A DNA stretch of 64,000 nt from the human T2T-CHM13v2.0 reference genome, Homo sapiens (GCF_009914755.1 NC_060930.1); one strand, 5' to 3'; counted from the stretch's first letter, positions 1-13,329 are shown. Translations and numbers: made by a program. Notes: a model not told the origin generated them from the letters alone.

Positions 1-21
1 TATATATATCTAATTGATTTT

Positions 22-85
22 GTAGAAAAAAAAGAGGAAAGAAGAAAGAAAAAGAAAGAAAGAAAAAAGATCAATAAATAAAGAA
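22..85 (+). repeat. A/GA-rich low-complexity tract
   Basis: Runs of A and AAAG units. Confidence 0.7.
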
Positions 86-478
86 AACCTCAGTATAAAA
101 TAAAACATTTTTCATTATCAATTATGGTATATGTTTCATACAATTCTAGGTGTAGTAAATTGTTCAAGTTTACTGAAAAATGTGTGCATGAAGAACTGTG
201 GTAATGAAATTGAAGGTCGAACAGTTCATATACTACAAGGGAACAATCTGGTCCCAAACCTTATTATTCAGCATGGCCAGCCACATATATGGCCAACTGG
301 CTTTGGCAGTGGGATAGGAACTTCATGAAAAAATCTATTGTTTACTCCCAAATTAGCTGCTCCTGCAACTCAAAGATTACTATCTCTTTGTGTACCTTAG
401 GTACCTTAGGTTTCCAGAGCTTACAGGGATGATCTCTTGGGTGGTAAACATCTCCTAGGTCATTTTGGTTCATGAAGG

Positions 479-480
<2 letters not shown>

Positions 481-532
<52 letters not shown>
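481..532. repeat. (CA)26 perfect microsatellite
   Basis: Uninterrupted CA x26. Confidence 0.98.
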
Positions 533-535
<3 letters not shown>

Positions 536-2289
536 ATTAGAATTCAATTTTAGATCCACTAAAACTCTATTTGTTATTATTGTAAATTAGTGTTATTATT
601 GTAAACTTTTCTTTAATTTCCAGATTCTCTGAAAATTCCATTTGAAACACTGAAAAAACACCATCTATTTTCTTTTGGAAAATGGTAAGTGGAATTGATC
701 ACCCAGCCTAAAATAGATTGTGCAGAGGTATATATTTGCTTTAATTTATGGCAATGTGTATATTTCAGCTTAATGAATATTTTACTCTTGGGAACAGTTA
801 GAGAATGGATTGCAGTGCTTTGATGCAGAGGAGCAAAGGGGATCATGTTTTGTTCTGATTGATTTCCCTGTTTAATCTCAGACAGTCTCAGGATGTTGTG
901 AAGCCGTAGTTTAATATTCTATAAAAATGAAATATATTTTATGGAAACTAAAACAAGAAAACTTACTTTCATTGGATTATGGAACGTTTGGTGTATTAAA
1001 CATTTGCCGAGCAACGCAAAGGGAAACCAATTCAATTGTCTGGCCAAAACTTTGTCTCACCAGGCATCTTTTCATATTATGAATTTTTATCATTTTTTGA
1101 GAATTTAAAAGAATCGTGACTGACAACTTAAAACCTAAATATGCTGCCAAGGCAGCACCAGGGCAGCAATGGTGCAGAAGAGAGGGAAGGAGATTGAGTG
1201 ACTGTCAATGATCATAATTGTGTGCATAGCAGCAATAGCTCTGTACACAGCACAGTCTAAATGAAATGTCTTTCTCCCTGGGTCTTATAGTCTGACGTGA
1301 TCATACTGACAACCAAAAAAGGGCTGCCTTATTTTCTTTTTCTTTGAAAAAGGAGTTTCTCTTTATTTTCCTTTGTCAGTCACTTGTTAGTGGAATCTAA
1401 CTAAAGAAAATGCATGAAAAATATCTGAACAATTGGCATCCAAATTAAGCTAAGTAAACTTTGACTTTTGATATTAGCATTACTGTCTTTTTGCTACACA
1501 AAATTAATGTAGTCCATCTGAGAACATTTAAACGAGCACAATATAAAATTTAAAATTATGTATAATAACCACACTATCCAGAGATAACCTCTGTTGAATT
1601 TTTATTTATATCTTTCTATTTATCAATCATACATCTAAATTTAATAATTTTAGGCACAGTTGGGACTGTAGTCTGTTTATTTGGTTAAATTGTCATTTGT
1701 TAATTCAATATAGCTCTGTAAATTTCCTGTTGTTTTAAAGATTCTTCTCTATGATCACATTCATTTTTTTGGCAACTAAATTTTAGGGATGTGCCAGAGT
1801 TTATTTGTAAATCAAACTTCTAAAAGAAAACCACTTTACTTATCAGAGTTCAAAATAACAATGTTTGAAATTGTAAACATTTGTGTGATTAAGTAGAGAG
1901 ATAACTTACTCATTTCTTTTTTTGTCATATTTGCTCAAATCACTTAGACTTCCTGTTTTTTGTATTCCATAAAGTTACACTTTACTGTGTGGTTTCATAG
2001 CCCTCATTTCAAAAGGAATCAGATATATGTTCTTTTTTCATCCACAGGTGACTCTCTCTACAATAGCCTTTTAAAATTTGTTTCCTGTTAATTTTATCAG
2101 AGTATCATTTGAGATAAAAATTATAATAAATATATTTAGAAATAATATGCTTTAATATTTAATGACTGATGGTAGCTAAAGAAAATTTCTTAGTGTTGTG
2201 GTGTTCCTATTACTTATTAAAGTGATACATTATTTTTGTGAAAAGACTGCTTGGTATTGTGAAAGCATTCATTTTACATCAATATAGAG

Positions 2290-2440
2290 GAAACTTCAAA
2301 TCATCCCACTGTGTGTGTGGTGTGATCTTGGACAAATTATTTAACTTCATTAAGACTATTTCCTTATCTAAAATAAATAAGTCTATTTTATAGGTTTTTA
2401 AAGGGAAATAGATAAGCTTATTTTGCGTGATTTTAGCATG
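2290..2440 (+). mobile_element. MIR SINE fragment
   Basis: tgtgatcttggacaaattatttaacttc resembles the MIR core tgtgaccttgggcaagttacttaacctc. Confidence 0.55.
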
Positions 2441-3744
2441 ATTTTTAGGAAGCTTACTGAAACTTTTTTTTGTATATCTATATATAAATTTTCCCAAGTA
2501 TATGGTGGGAACTGTTAAAGAAAGATTAAAATGGAAACCACGATTTACATATAGCCCAAGGCTAGCCACTCATATCCACGTAGCCAAAACTTAAGTTGTC
2601 CTGATTTTCCCCAAACTTTTGCTCTAATGATAAATAAAAGACACCATGTAAGCTTTACATCCTCATTGGCATGATTCAATGAAATCTTAAAAAATCATCT
2701 ATAGACAAAATTAGCTTAAACAGCTCTGTTTTTCTTATGAAGAATGTTAATGTACAATAGCCAATAATGAATAAGGTCAAAATACATCCTCTTCTATGCT
2801 TTATCAGCTGTGCTGTAACTGCTGTAAGTGAGACTTCTTTCCACTCTTGGTTTGTGATCTCTGGGTTTGTGAACTGTTTTTTTGAATGCACAATTAGTTT
2901 ATATATTTTTTTCTAACTTGATGTGATTTTATTTTTGACAGTACTCAATGAATTACAGATACTAACATAATTAGTATTAGTATCTATAATACTTCAGATA
3001 CTAACATAATTAGTATCCATTTTTGTTAATTCTGTTCATGATAAGTATGTTTCAGTAGCTCAGTTTCTTTCTTACCTTTCTCTTTTTTCTTTCTCTTATT
3101 CTTTCTCTGTTCCATTTTATTTCCCAATAACTATAGGAGTAGGTCATAAGTCTTTAACACAAAGCTACTCAAAAGCCCTATAGAAGTGATCCAAGCATTA
3201 TTCAGATTTTTCATTTCCATATAGGACATTCTTTTTTTTTTTTTTTTCCTGAAGCCTATACCTGGTTACTTACCTAATAACATTTATCACAGCCTTATTT
3301 CCAAGCTCCTGGATTACTACCCTTAAATGTGAATTGTGCAAATAGTTATATTTCTTTATTTGATGTATTTTCTTTGTTGTTAATGAGCATGTAACACACT
3401 CAAGTGGCATTTTTAAGTGATGTTATAAAAATGTAACATTCTGCCACTTACCCAAAAAAGATATTTTATGTAACTGATAAGCACATTTTTTCTTTTGGTT
3501 TGACAAGTATACCAAATATTTCACTTTAAATATTTTCTCTTGGCTAAATGTCTGTCAAATGTGCCTAAATAACTGTACCTAAAGATTCTTATTTACAGAA
3601 ATAGGCAGACTTTTTTCCAGGTTGCTAGAGGAGAGCAGAAAGAGGAAGCCAACGAGGGTAAAACATAGCGTTTAACATGGAAAATGTAGAAGTGCATTAA
3701 AGAGAGGGAGTGGGAAAGCTATGTGAAATAAAGCTCTGCCAGAG

Positions 3745-3985
3745 TGGAAGAGTAGAAAGGTCACTCAGCTTAAAACTGGAAAACCTGAGTTCAATTCCCA
3801 TAACTGCTACTTACTCATGGTATTATAGAAGTCACTTAACCTTGCTTAGCCTTTGTGGTATTGTAAAAGTCACTTAACCTTTTAACCTTAGTTTCCTCAT
3901 TTATAGATTAAAGATAAATAATATCTATTTTGGATAACTGTTATGAGAATTAACTAAGGTAAAGTACATTTAAGTCATTTGCTTA
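3745..3985 (+). mobile_element. MIR SINE with internal duplication of the core
   Basis: acctgagttcaattccc, aagtcacttaacctt present twice, agtttcctcat, gttatgagaattaa. Confidence 0.75.
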
Positions 3986-4224
3986 CTGGCACTACTTTTT
4001 TTAAAAAAATAAGCATTTCTTTTTTAAATAGTGAAGGCAACCAGATGCCTTGGAAATAGACATAGCATTAAGATGTGCACAGAAATCAAATGTAATATAG
4101 AATTTAAAATTAGATCTTCATAGATAATCCATCTTAAAGGCAACAAGGTGCTCCAATTAGCTTTATAATGGAGGTAGAGGCATGAAGAAGAAAAAGAGAC
4201 TATTTAATGGGGATATTAGACAGT

Positions 4225-4420
4225 TTTCCTCATGTCATATTTTTAAATCCTTAGAAAAACTTCAAAGTAGGTTTTACTATCCCCATTTCACAGAGGATTA
4301 AATAGATGCAAAATAGGTTTTCTAAATAACTTGTTCAATATCACACATCAAGTGGAGAGAGGAAGCTGAGAATCAATCAAACCCAGACCATCATGCCCAA
4401 AACACATTCTTCCTGTCATA
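4225..4420 (-). mobile_element. MIR SINE
   Basis: tatccccatttcacagagga, taacttgttcaatatcacac and aaacccag match antisense MIR. Confidence 0.7.
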
Positions 4421-6049
4421 TTACCACTCCTATACAACTAGAAAAAGTCACGCAGATGTATAATGGCAAATTTTAAATTATTTTATTGAATCTTCTATTA
4501 CCTAAAAAGATAAATAGGGGGTGAAACCTTCTTATTTGTTACAATATAACCTTATAACCTCTATTTGGTTCAATTCCTAGGAGAATAGGTTCTCCTTAAC
4601 ACAGAAATTCAAATACTAACACTTTTGATATGCTGTTTTCATGAAAATATGTGGGAACCAATAACAAGTATACCATAGATGTTTCAAAAACAGTATTCAT
4701 ATTTTCTAATAAAGAGGATACTCTCTCAAGAAAATTACCAATATGGCAAATATTTGAAGATGATGATAAAATAAAATCATCCCTTGTGATATGGCCAAAT
4801 CACCTAAAATATCTGTTTACCAAATGGTAGCCCATATCTTCATGCTTATTTGCAATCAGACTCTTGAAAAACATCACAATGAGGAACCCAGGAGAGATGA
4901 ATATACAGACAAACGGGAAAGACAAGATCATATACTAGATTGAATATGAAAACTTGCATCAATATCTCCGTAAGAGTATGACCTCACTTGACTTCTCCCA
5001 GTTCAAATTATATAGGATTCCTTTAACTTAAAGTAACTGAAACTTTAAAAAAATATATAAGAAAAGCTAAGTCACAGTCTGGGTTCAACTTATAAGCATA
5101 AAACTTTCTATTTGTCTTAAGTTATTGAAGCCAAGAATTCTAAAGGAATCACTGAACTAAATGGGTAGACCACTGCTGCATTATAATTTCTCCAGCTGCT
5201 GGAGGCTTAACTATGTGGTGCCATGTCTGAGAATGTGAAATGGACATATGATATGAAAGCATTATGATGTGTGATGACTTTGCATGTGCTGTGTGATAAA
5301 GCTTAGCAGACTCCTCTTTCCATTTGGCTTTTCAGATTTGCACACATTGTCAGGAAAGATTGCCAAAAAGCTTTCTTCCTTATTCTCTATTTTTAATGTA
5401 TTTCTGCTAAGAGGTGAATCTTTATATGCTCTACTCTAATGCAAAGATCATGATTTTAGTACCTTTCCTAGGATTTGCAGGAAACATATGGAGAGCAGAT
5501 TATTCAGGTTGTAAAAATTACCACTTCAGATTTGGTTCACTTGACTTGTCATCCTTCCTGTCATCCAGTATTCTCTTTTCACCTACCATGTAAACATCAC
5601 TTGGCACAAGGTTTCTTTTTTTAAGTTGATGAGATTTCATGGGCTCTTTGTGTGTAGGTGTGCACAAACATGCTGCAAAATGTGCATGTTTGTTTTGACA
5701 TGAAAGAAAAAGAATAATTTGTCCTTTATGCTTTATTTAGTAGATAAATGTAAAATCAACCTTCGTTTAGTTTTAACTGAATCCCAAGTATATTCAAAAT
5801 GAAAAGATTGAATGGAGAATTAAGCAGAGACAAAACTGACATGATCACTGACACTGATGAGCATGAATCTACCAGCCAAGAAAACATAGATGAATGAAGA
5901 CATTAAGTATAAGGTAGAAAGGAAATGTCAAAAGGAAAACACAAATTTTCTGGAAAATTAAAGGATGGAAAGAAGTTCTAGCTTGGGAACCTAGAATATT
6001 TACTTGAAGAGGAAAACATTAAATAAAGTATAAAGTATAAAGATGCATC

Positions 6050-7130
6050 CAAGGCAATCTGGAGTCTGAGAAGTATAAAATGGTGATCTTGGTATAAGAA
6101 AATTGTAATTACACACATAGAGGCAGGAAAGCACTGAAAAGTTTTATTGAGTTGCAATTGTAAAGTACGGATATATGAAGCTTAGCTGTAGGGAGAGGGG
6201 TTGGAAAGCTTATTTAGAGTATGTTGCTTCAAATCATTTGCTTAGGAGATAATTTATTTATCAGTCAATGGAAATCACCAAGATTTCAGCAAAAATAAAT
6301 GAGGAGTATGATTTAGGAAAGGTATTTTTGTAATAATTTAAAATATAGATCAGAGATAGTGAAGTTAGGTTGCAAACACCAATTAATAGGCTACGCCAAT
6401 TAATCCAGAAAAAAACAATAAAAGCAGAAATGTGTGCGGTTGTGGAAGAATATAAAACAGAATTACAACAAAAGTATTGCAGGGAAAATCTGCACAACAA
6501 AATATGCTGAATGCAAATACAGTTGGAAAGGGATAGAATTTTTTTTTAAAATGACACATGCTTAAAACTTGGAGGGATAGAGGATCTGGATAGCTAATAG
6601 GCAGCCAGTAGTTTAGATCAAATCAGTTTACCTCATAGATTATATTCCCTCTTTAGGATAAGGCAGGAATTGGTAAATGTATTTTTTAATACAAGAAACA
6701 TCATTATTTTACTGAGAGGAAGGAACAAGTAGAGACAGAGAGAGAGAATTTGAAATACAATATATAGAAAGAAGATTGATAACATAAGGGGATCTGGATT
6801 CTCTAGATGATGACTGTGCAAATCACAAAAGGTTGGTTAGCTTTGGAAAAGAGGAGGAATATTTTTCTCAGTCAGCAGAGAAAGCAGGGCAAAAATATAC
6901 AGATGTTTTCAGATGATGTTTTCACATGGGTTAGAATAAATTTGAGGGACATAGAGTTAAATAGTCAACATCAGAATAAAGTCCAAGGTGAGATGATTTT
7001 CTAATTGTGAGGCAGCTCTGATTGTGGCTGGAAACAGAAGAGTGCAGGTAGAATGTAGAAGACGCATTGGGGAGTGTGCAAGACTCTGCAGCATCACACA
7101 TGAGAGCTAACAGCTGCATATCCTTCATGA
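6050..7130 (-). mobile_element. Highly degraded L2 fragments
   Basis: Purine-rich tracts resembling antisense L2 (caatggaaatcaccaagatttcagc; ggttagctttggaaaagaggagg). Boundaries uncertain. Confidence 0.3.
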
Positions 7131-7551
7131 AGAAGTTCACACCAGCTGTGAGAAATTGGTCTCACTCAATCTGTCTATATCAACAATTTCACTACAGCTC
7201 AGCTAGAATTTGAATGCCGACTACACTAAATAAGTTGTAACAGGTTCGAAAAATTTGTGTTTCCCTATTCTCTAGGAGTGATTTTTCTTTCATTTTAATC
7301 TTTAATTTAAAAAAAATTTGTTTAGATACACAAGTTCCTTCAAATTCCCTTTCAGGAATAGGTAATATAAACATATATACTTCTGTCAGTTTAATTAAGA
7401 TTTTTAATCCTATACTCTTTTGATCAAGTGTTCTCAATCCAAAAATTTTCCTTTCCAATTTTGAGACAATCAGCAACATTACTTATCCTGAGTTTTCTTG
7501 AAGAGTATATAGATGTAAAGCTGATTTGCCATTTGTGGGTTTTTTTTGTAA

Positions 7552-7780
7552 TTAATAACATATACCTTTATTTGTACAGTGCTTTCAGTTTACAGAGGGT
7601 TATCACATATATCTGATTACAGTCTCACAACAACAATAAAGGTATTGCTTTATTCCTACTTCACTTTCGACAAAACTGGGTTTTAGCGAGGATAGGTAAC
7701 TTCCTCAGGGACCAAGTTGACTTCATCTGGTAAGTGGATCAACTTAAACACTGATCTTTGAACTCCCTCTTCTGTGTTAT
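7552..7780 (-). mobile_element. MIR SINE
   Basis: tttgtacagtgctttcagtttacagag, ctcacaacaac, ggtaacttcctcaggg. Confidence 0.7.
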
Positions 7781-9936
7781 GTCCATTCAATTAAGTTGAG
7801 GTTTGGGAATCTATATGTAATTATCAGTCATTATTAGACTTTATTTTACTTTTGATTTGCTTAGCAGATTATTAAGCTATTATTTGGTGCAATTTGCTGG
7901 TTTATGTCAGAATTCAACTACTTAAATGAAAGGAATATCATTATGCTCTTAAGGAAATGGTATTTTATTTAGGAAATAATAATACCTCTATAGTCAATAT
8001 TGTCAGTGTAGTGTACTTCTATACTACAGATTCTTTATTTCCCATTATGTATTTATTCTCTCTAAATTATTCATTTCCTGTATCAAAAGACCATGCTACG
8101 CTTAGATGGAAGAGAAGGCTGGTCTCAGAGACATTAGATGACAAAATTATTTTCTTTATTCAACAAAAATCATTAAACAAGTTATTCGACCCTATATAGG
8201 GGAAAATATAGCAAATATCTATTAACATGATTCTGTTAAATTGAAAACATTTATAAATAAAAATCATTTCTCATATTTGACTTAATATATGTTATTTGAC
8301 CCCAAAATATACTTTCCGTCTGTCTTTATGTATCAGTGCTAAAACCATGCGTTGGCAAAAAAGAGACAATTATCTAGCACACGAAAAAATTTAGCGAAGT
8401 TGTACATTTGGTACACAAGATATTTGCTTTTAGATTTCTTTAAAGTAAGAATTATGAAGTTTAAAAAATTCACTGAGAAACAGTTACTTTTCTTTTCCCA
8501 CATTCCCATGAAGCCCTATTGGTGCTTTTTATTATTTTGGGAACAAAGCAAGAATAAATAAGTCACTACCTTCCAGAAAATTGATGTTAACCACTTAGTA
8601 GCCACTGAAGTAAGCATTTAACTTCAGTTAAATTTCATTATAGTGTGTTCAATTTTTCTCATTCACTATTGCTTAACTTTCAGGACACTTAGTTTAGAGT
8701 AATGAAGACAAAAAAGGACATCCAAAATGATATTGACTGCTTAATGTTCCCAAATTTGAAGGGAAAGGCACATTCTCTCTTGAGCCAAAAATTGATTCGC
8801 TTTTCATGGATTCTACTTTGAGTGCACTAGAGAAGAGGGAAATTTGCACGTCCTATACATTGCATAAACCCAACCTTCTTAGTACATTTTGGTTTGAATC
8901 TATGAAGTTTATTTTAACAATACCCAGGTCACACACAAGGTATGATTTAGAAATAAATTAACTTTAATTCCTAAGGTTTATGTAATCTTTTATATCTTAT
9001 GACATCCAGATCTTGTTTTATGTTCCTTTAGCATTATTCAAGATGTTCTACAGCAATTGATCCTGACCAAAAAATATTTATAGTAAATGGCCTTAAGCCA
9101 ATAATATGCCTTTTGCTTAATAAAATTGCTTTCTGAATAGTTTAAAAGGTGCTTGTATTTAATGGCAAATATAACACCGGCTGCTCTTTTCTGTGCCAAG
9201 TTGCTGTCTAGTTCAAGGTGTTAAATAGCATAATGAGTTTGGTCTCCTCTAATACAGAAAATAAAGACCCAGGAGAACTTCCACTGAGAGGGAGTTTTAG
9301 AATGTGAGATGACAGGTCGTTGTGAATATGACTTTTCCAAAAGAGGAGAGTTTCTAACTTTTCAAGGCCATGTTCATTCTCCTAATTCATTAGGTGGTCG
9401 AAAAGCTCTGTCAGGCAGAATTGTCAATAGGCTAAGATGTATTTCAAACACGACGTCCAAAGATGTTAATCTTTCTTTTCGGATTCTGCCTGTGTGAACA
9501 GTGCTTTACTCAGGGAGATTTAGTAAAATAGCTCTTTTACTCTCACAAAATCAATTCTGTGTAAAAGGTATGAATGAAATCTTTCAGAAATTCTAAATTG
9601 TAGTTTAGTTTATATGAAATAGGTATATTTTAGTCATTGTGAATTCCTTTTATTATTTCTTAAGGGGAGGTGGTGATTATATGGAATCTGACTGAAGACT
9701 CAAAAATAATTTCCATGGACTTACATGCATAGCAACATTAAAATAAAAATTATCTTTAGTTTTGGTTTTGAAAGTTAATTATTAACTCTGTTAAGGGAAT
9801 TACTAGTCTAGAGCAAATCTCATAGAGAGAAAAAAAGCTATTTACTATTTTAAAATAATTCTTGTACCTTTTAGATATGCATTAACCTGTTGGAATTTAC
9901 TTTTGTATATACATAATAACTAAGCTTACTAATTTT

Positions 9937-10835
9937 ATTTTTTTTAATTTTTTAAAATTTTACTTTCATTTCCAGGATACATGTGCAGAATGTGCAGGTT
10001 TGTTACATAGGTATACATGTGCCATGGTGGTTTGCTGCACCTATCAACCCGTCATCTGGGTTTTAAGCCCCGCATGCATTAGGTATTTTTCCTAATGCTC
10101 TCCCTCCCTTTGCTCCCCATCACCTGACAGGCTCCAGTGTGTGATGTTCCCCTTCTTGTGCCCATGTGTTCTCATTGTTCAATTCCCACTTATAAGTGAG
10201 AACATGTGGTGTTTGATTTTCTGTTCATGTGTTAGTTTGCTGAGAATGATGGCTTCCAGCTTCATCCATGTCCCTGCAACAACTTAAAAGGGAAGTGAAG
10301 GACCTCTTCAAGGATAACTACAAATCACTGCTCAAGGAAATAAGAGAGGACACAAACAAATGGAAAAACATTCCATGCTCATGGGTAGGAGGAATCAATG
10401 TCATGAAAATGGTCGTACTGCCCAAAGTAATTCACAGATTCAATGCTATTTATATCAAGCTACCATTGACTTTCTTCACAGAATTAGAAAAAACTGCTTT
10501 ACATTTCATATGGAACCAAAAAAAGAGCCCATATAGCCAAGCAAAAAGAACTAAGCTACCTGACTTCACATTATACTACAAGGCTACAGTAATCAAAACA
10601 ACATGGTACTGGTACCAAAACAAATATATAGACCAATGGAACAGAACAGAGACCTCAGAAATAACACCACACATCTACAACCATCTGATCTTCGACAAAC
10701 TTTACAAAAACAAGAAATGGGGAAGGGATTCCCTACTTAATAAATGATGCTGGAAAAACTGGCTAGCCATATGCAGAAAACTAAAACCGGACCCTTTCTT
10801 TAAATCTTATACAAAAATTAATTCAAGATGTTTTA
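9937..10835 (-). mobile_element. 5'-inverted (twin-primed) L1, L1PA7/8-like
   Basis: Antisense 3' UTR and T-rich tail at 9937-10279, joined to a sense ORF2 segment at 10280-10835 (ORF 10268-10747 is ORF2-like, [29 protein letters not shown]). TSD aagcttactaatttt 9922-9936 / aagtttactaatttt 10836-10850. Confidence 0.92.
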
Positions 10836-11155
10836 AAGTTTACTAATTTTCTACATGAAAAGTGAACTTAGATCAAGAAGTGAGACTTATTGCAGGAAAT
10901 TTCTAAAAATAAATCTGTTTGGCAAACCATAAGAATGACGCGTAAAGACTTTTATTGCTGTGTACATCAGACTACATTGTAGAATACATTGACAACATTT
11001 AAAAATAGTTGTTTCTGAAGATAATTTAGAAGATTCAATATTATTCCTAAAACTAATTTATAATAAAATATATTTGGCTAAAGATGAGTTATACAAAGCT
11101 AAGCAAGTCTTTGACTTTTTACTGCACGAATTTTCAGCCTTTTACAAAACTTTTA

Positions 11156-11914
11156 AAATTTTTAATTAATTTATTTTAAATTATACTTTGAGTTCTGGGA
11201 TACAAGTGCAGAAAGCGTAGGTTTGTTACGTAGGTATGCATGTGCCATGGTGGTTTGCTGCACCTATCAACCTTTCGTCTAGGTTTTAAGCCCTTCATGC
11301 ATTAGCTATTTGTCCTAATACTCTCCCTTCCCTTAGCTCCCACCTTCTGACTGGCCTCAGTGTGTGTTGTTCACTTCCCTGTGCCCATGTGTTCTTATTG
11401 TTCAACTCCCAGTTATGAGTGAGAACATACAGTGTTTTGTTTTCTTTTTCTGTGTTAGTTTGCTGAGTATGATGTCTTCCAGCTTCATCCATGTCCCTGC
11501 AAAGGACATGACCTCATTCATTTTTATGGCTGCATAGTATTCCATGGTGTGTATGTACCACATTTCTTTATCCAGTCTATCATTGATGGGCATTTGGATT
11601 CGTTCCATGTCTTTGCTATTGTAAATAGTGTTGCAATAAACATATGAGTGCAGGTGTCTTTACAGTAGAATGATTTATTTTCCTTTGGATATATACCCAG
11701 TAATGAGATTGCTGGGTCAAATGTTATTTCTGGTTCTAGAGGAATAGCCACACTTTCTTCCACAATGGTTGAACTAATTTACATTCCCACCAACAGGGTA
11801 AAGGCATTCCTATTTCTCCACAGCCTCACCAGCATCTATTGTTTCTTGACGATCTAATAATTGCCATTCTGACTGCTGTGAGGTGGTGTCTCATTGTGGT
11901 TTTGATTTGCATTT
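11156..11914 (-). mobile_element. 5'-truncated L1, L1PA8-10-like
   Basis: Antisense 3' UTR (ttttaagccc...catgcattagctatttgtcc) plus ORF2 C-terminus. TSD ccttttacaaaactttta 11138-11155 / ccttttttaaaactttta 11915-11932. Confidence 0.92.
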
Positions 11915-11932
11915 CCTTTTTTAAAACTTTTA

Positions 11933-12257
11933 TGTTCAGGGGTACATGTGGATGTTTGTTACATAGGTAAATTTGTGTCATGGAGGTTTATTGTAAAGAT
12001 TATTTCATCACCCAGGTAGTGAGCCTAGTACTCATTAATTATTTTTCCTGATCCTCTCCCTCTTCCCACCTTCCACCCTCTGAAAGGTCCCAGTGTGTGT
12101 TATTCCCCTCTATGTGTCCATATGTTCTCATCATTTAGCTTCCACTTATAAGTGAAAACATGCAGTGTTTGGTTTCTGTTTCTGCATTAGTTTGCTAAGG
12201 ATAATGGCCTCCCATTCCAACCATGTCCCTGCAAAGAACATCATGTTGACCTTTTTA
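11933..12257 (-). mobile_element. Older L1 3' end, L1PA13-16-like
   Basis: ttcaggggtacatgtg, gattatttcatcacccaggta, tttttcctgatcctctccc are typical of older L1PA 3' UTRs. Confidence 0.88.
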
Positions 12258-13329
12258 TAAAACTCATTGTGATTATCCAAACAATGTCTGTAAACTTAAA
12301 ATGCATTTCTTAGATTGTTTTATCAAAGAAGGCTTAATTTGCAGAGCATGTCTTGAAATACTCTCTTGAAAGCATAGACCTAATTTATAATTTCCTCACC
12401 GAAGAAACCACTGTTTCCTTTTGCCTAGAGAGTACATTTCAAACTCTAGCACTTCTTAAATTTTCTGTTGAAATTGGCCTCAATCTATTTTAATTTTGCA
12501 CTTACAGGCATCCCATTCTATCTTTCTTTCCACTAGAAGAAAACAAATGATTTTTATTTTCTGAAAAATTCAGGCACTTACACTTCTTGTTTATTAAGTA
12601 ATCAACTTTTGTATTTTTAGTGAAGAAATGGTTGTATGTGGGAAACAATATAACATTTCCCTGGTGGTACATGGTCTGAGACTACCATCTCAATGATTAG
12701 CTAAGGCTCTTTTTTTGAGGTTTGCAACAGATATGCCTATATAAAAATCTTTGTGACAATAAATGATATTATAGCAAAATTCAAGTCTTTATGTGTGCCT
12801 ATAACAGATATATTCTACTGATTTAATTAAAATACACTGAAATTGAATTTAAAAACCTTGTATCTTTCCTTCGCTTGATGAATTCCACAGAATAAGTACC
12901 AGAACAAAATTACTAGGATCTTCATGTCAAATTTTCATGAAAATAAAATAAATGTATTAATTTTTTAAATGTGTAAATATATATTAAGTGTCTCTGAAGA
13001 AATTCTGTATCTATAATTAAGCATAAAGAAGTAAATGCAAGTTTCTAAATAACCAATAGCTTTGTTTATTAAACCTCTACTAATTTGTGATCATTTTTTC
13101 AGAAACTATTTCATTATATTTATGAATAAAGAGTTTAGCATATAAATGATTAAATAAATCTATCTAGTTACTTACCAGTAAGTCTTATACAATTCTTGAA
13201 AATACATTGCAGTTTAATTTAAGTTATACAATTTGAGCTAAGTTCAAAGTTATTAAACGTTTACACTTGTCTCTATGAAAAGAAAATAACTTTAAAAACT
13301 AGTTTTAGTTAACTTTATTATCTATTGTA

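Noticed and set aside
131-328. 65-aa ORF following a possible acceptor (ttctag|GTG) as a coding exon
   Set aside because: No recognisable homology, weak polypyrimidine tract, and length within chance expectation.
4621-4970. Protein-like + frame as a pseudogene exon
   Set aside because: Contains three stops and matches no family I recognise.
5664-5693. 10-bp inverted repeat acaaacatgc/gcatgtttgt resembling a p53 response element
   Set aside because: Both half sites mismatch RRRCWWGYYY and are spaced by 6 bp; a short IR like this can arise by chance in 64 kb.
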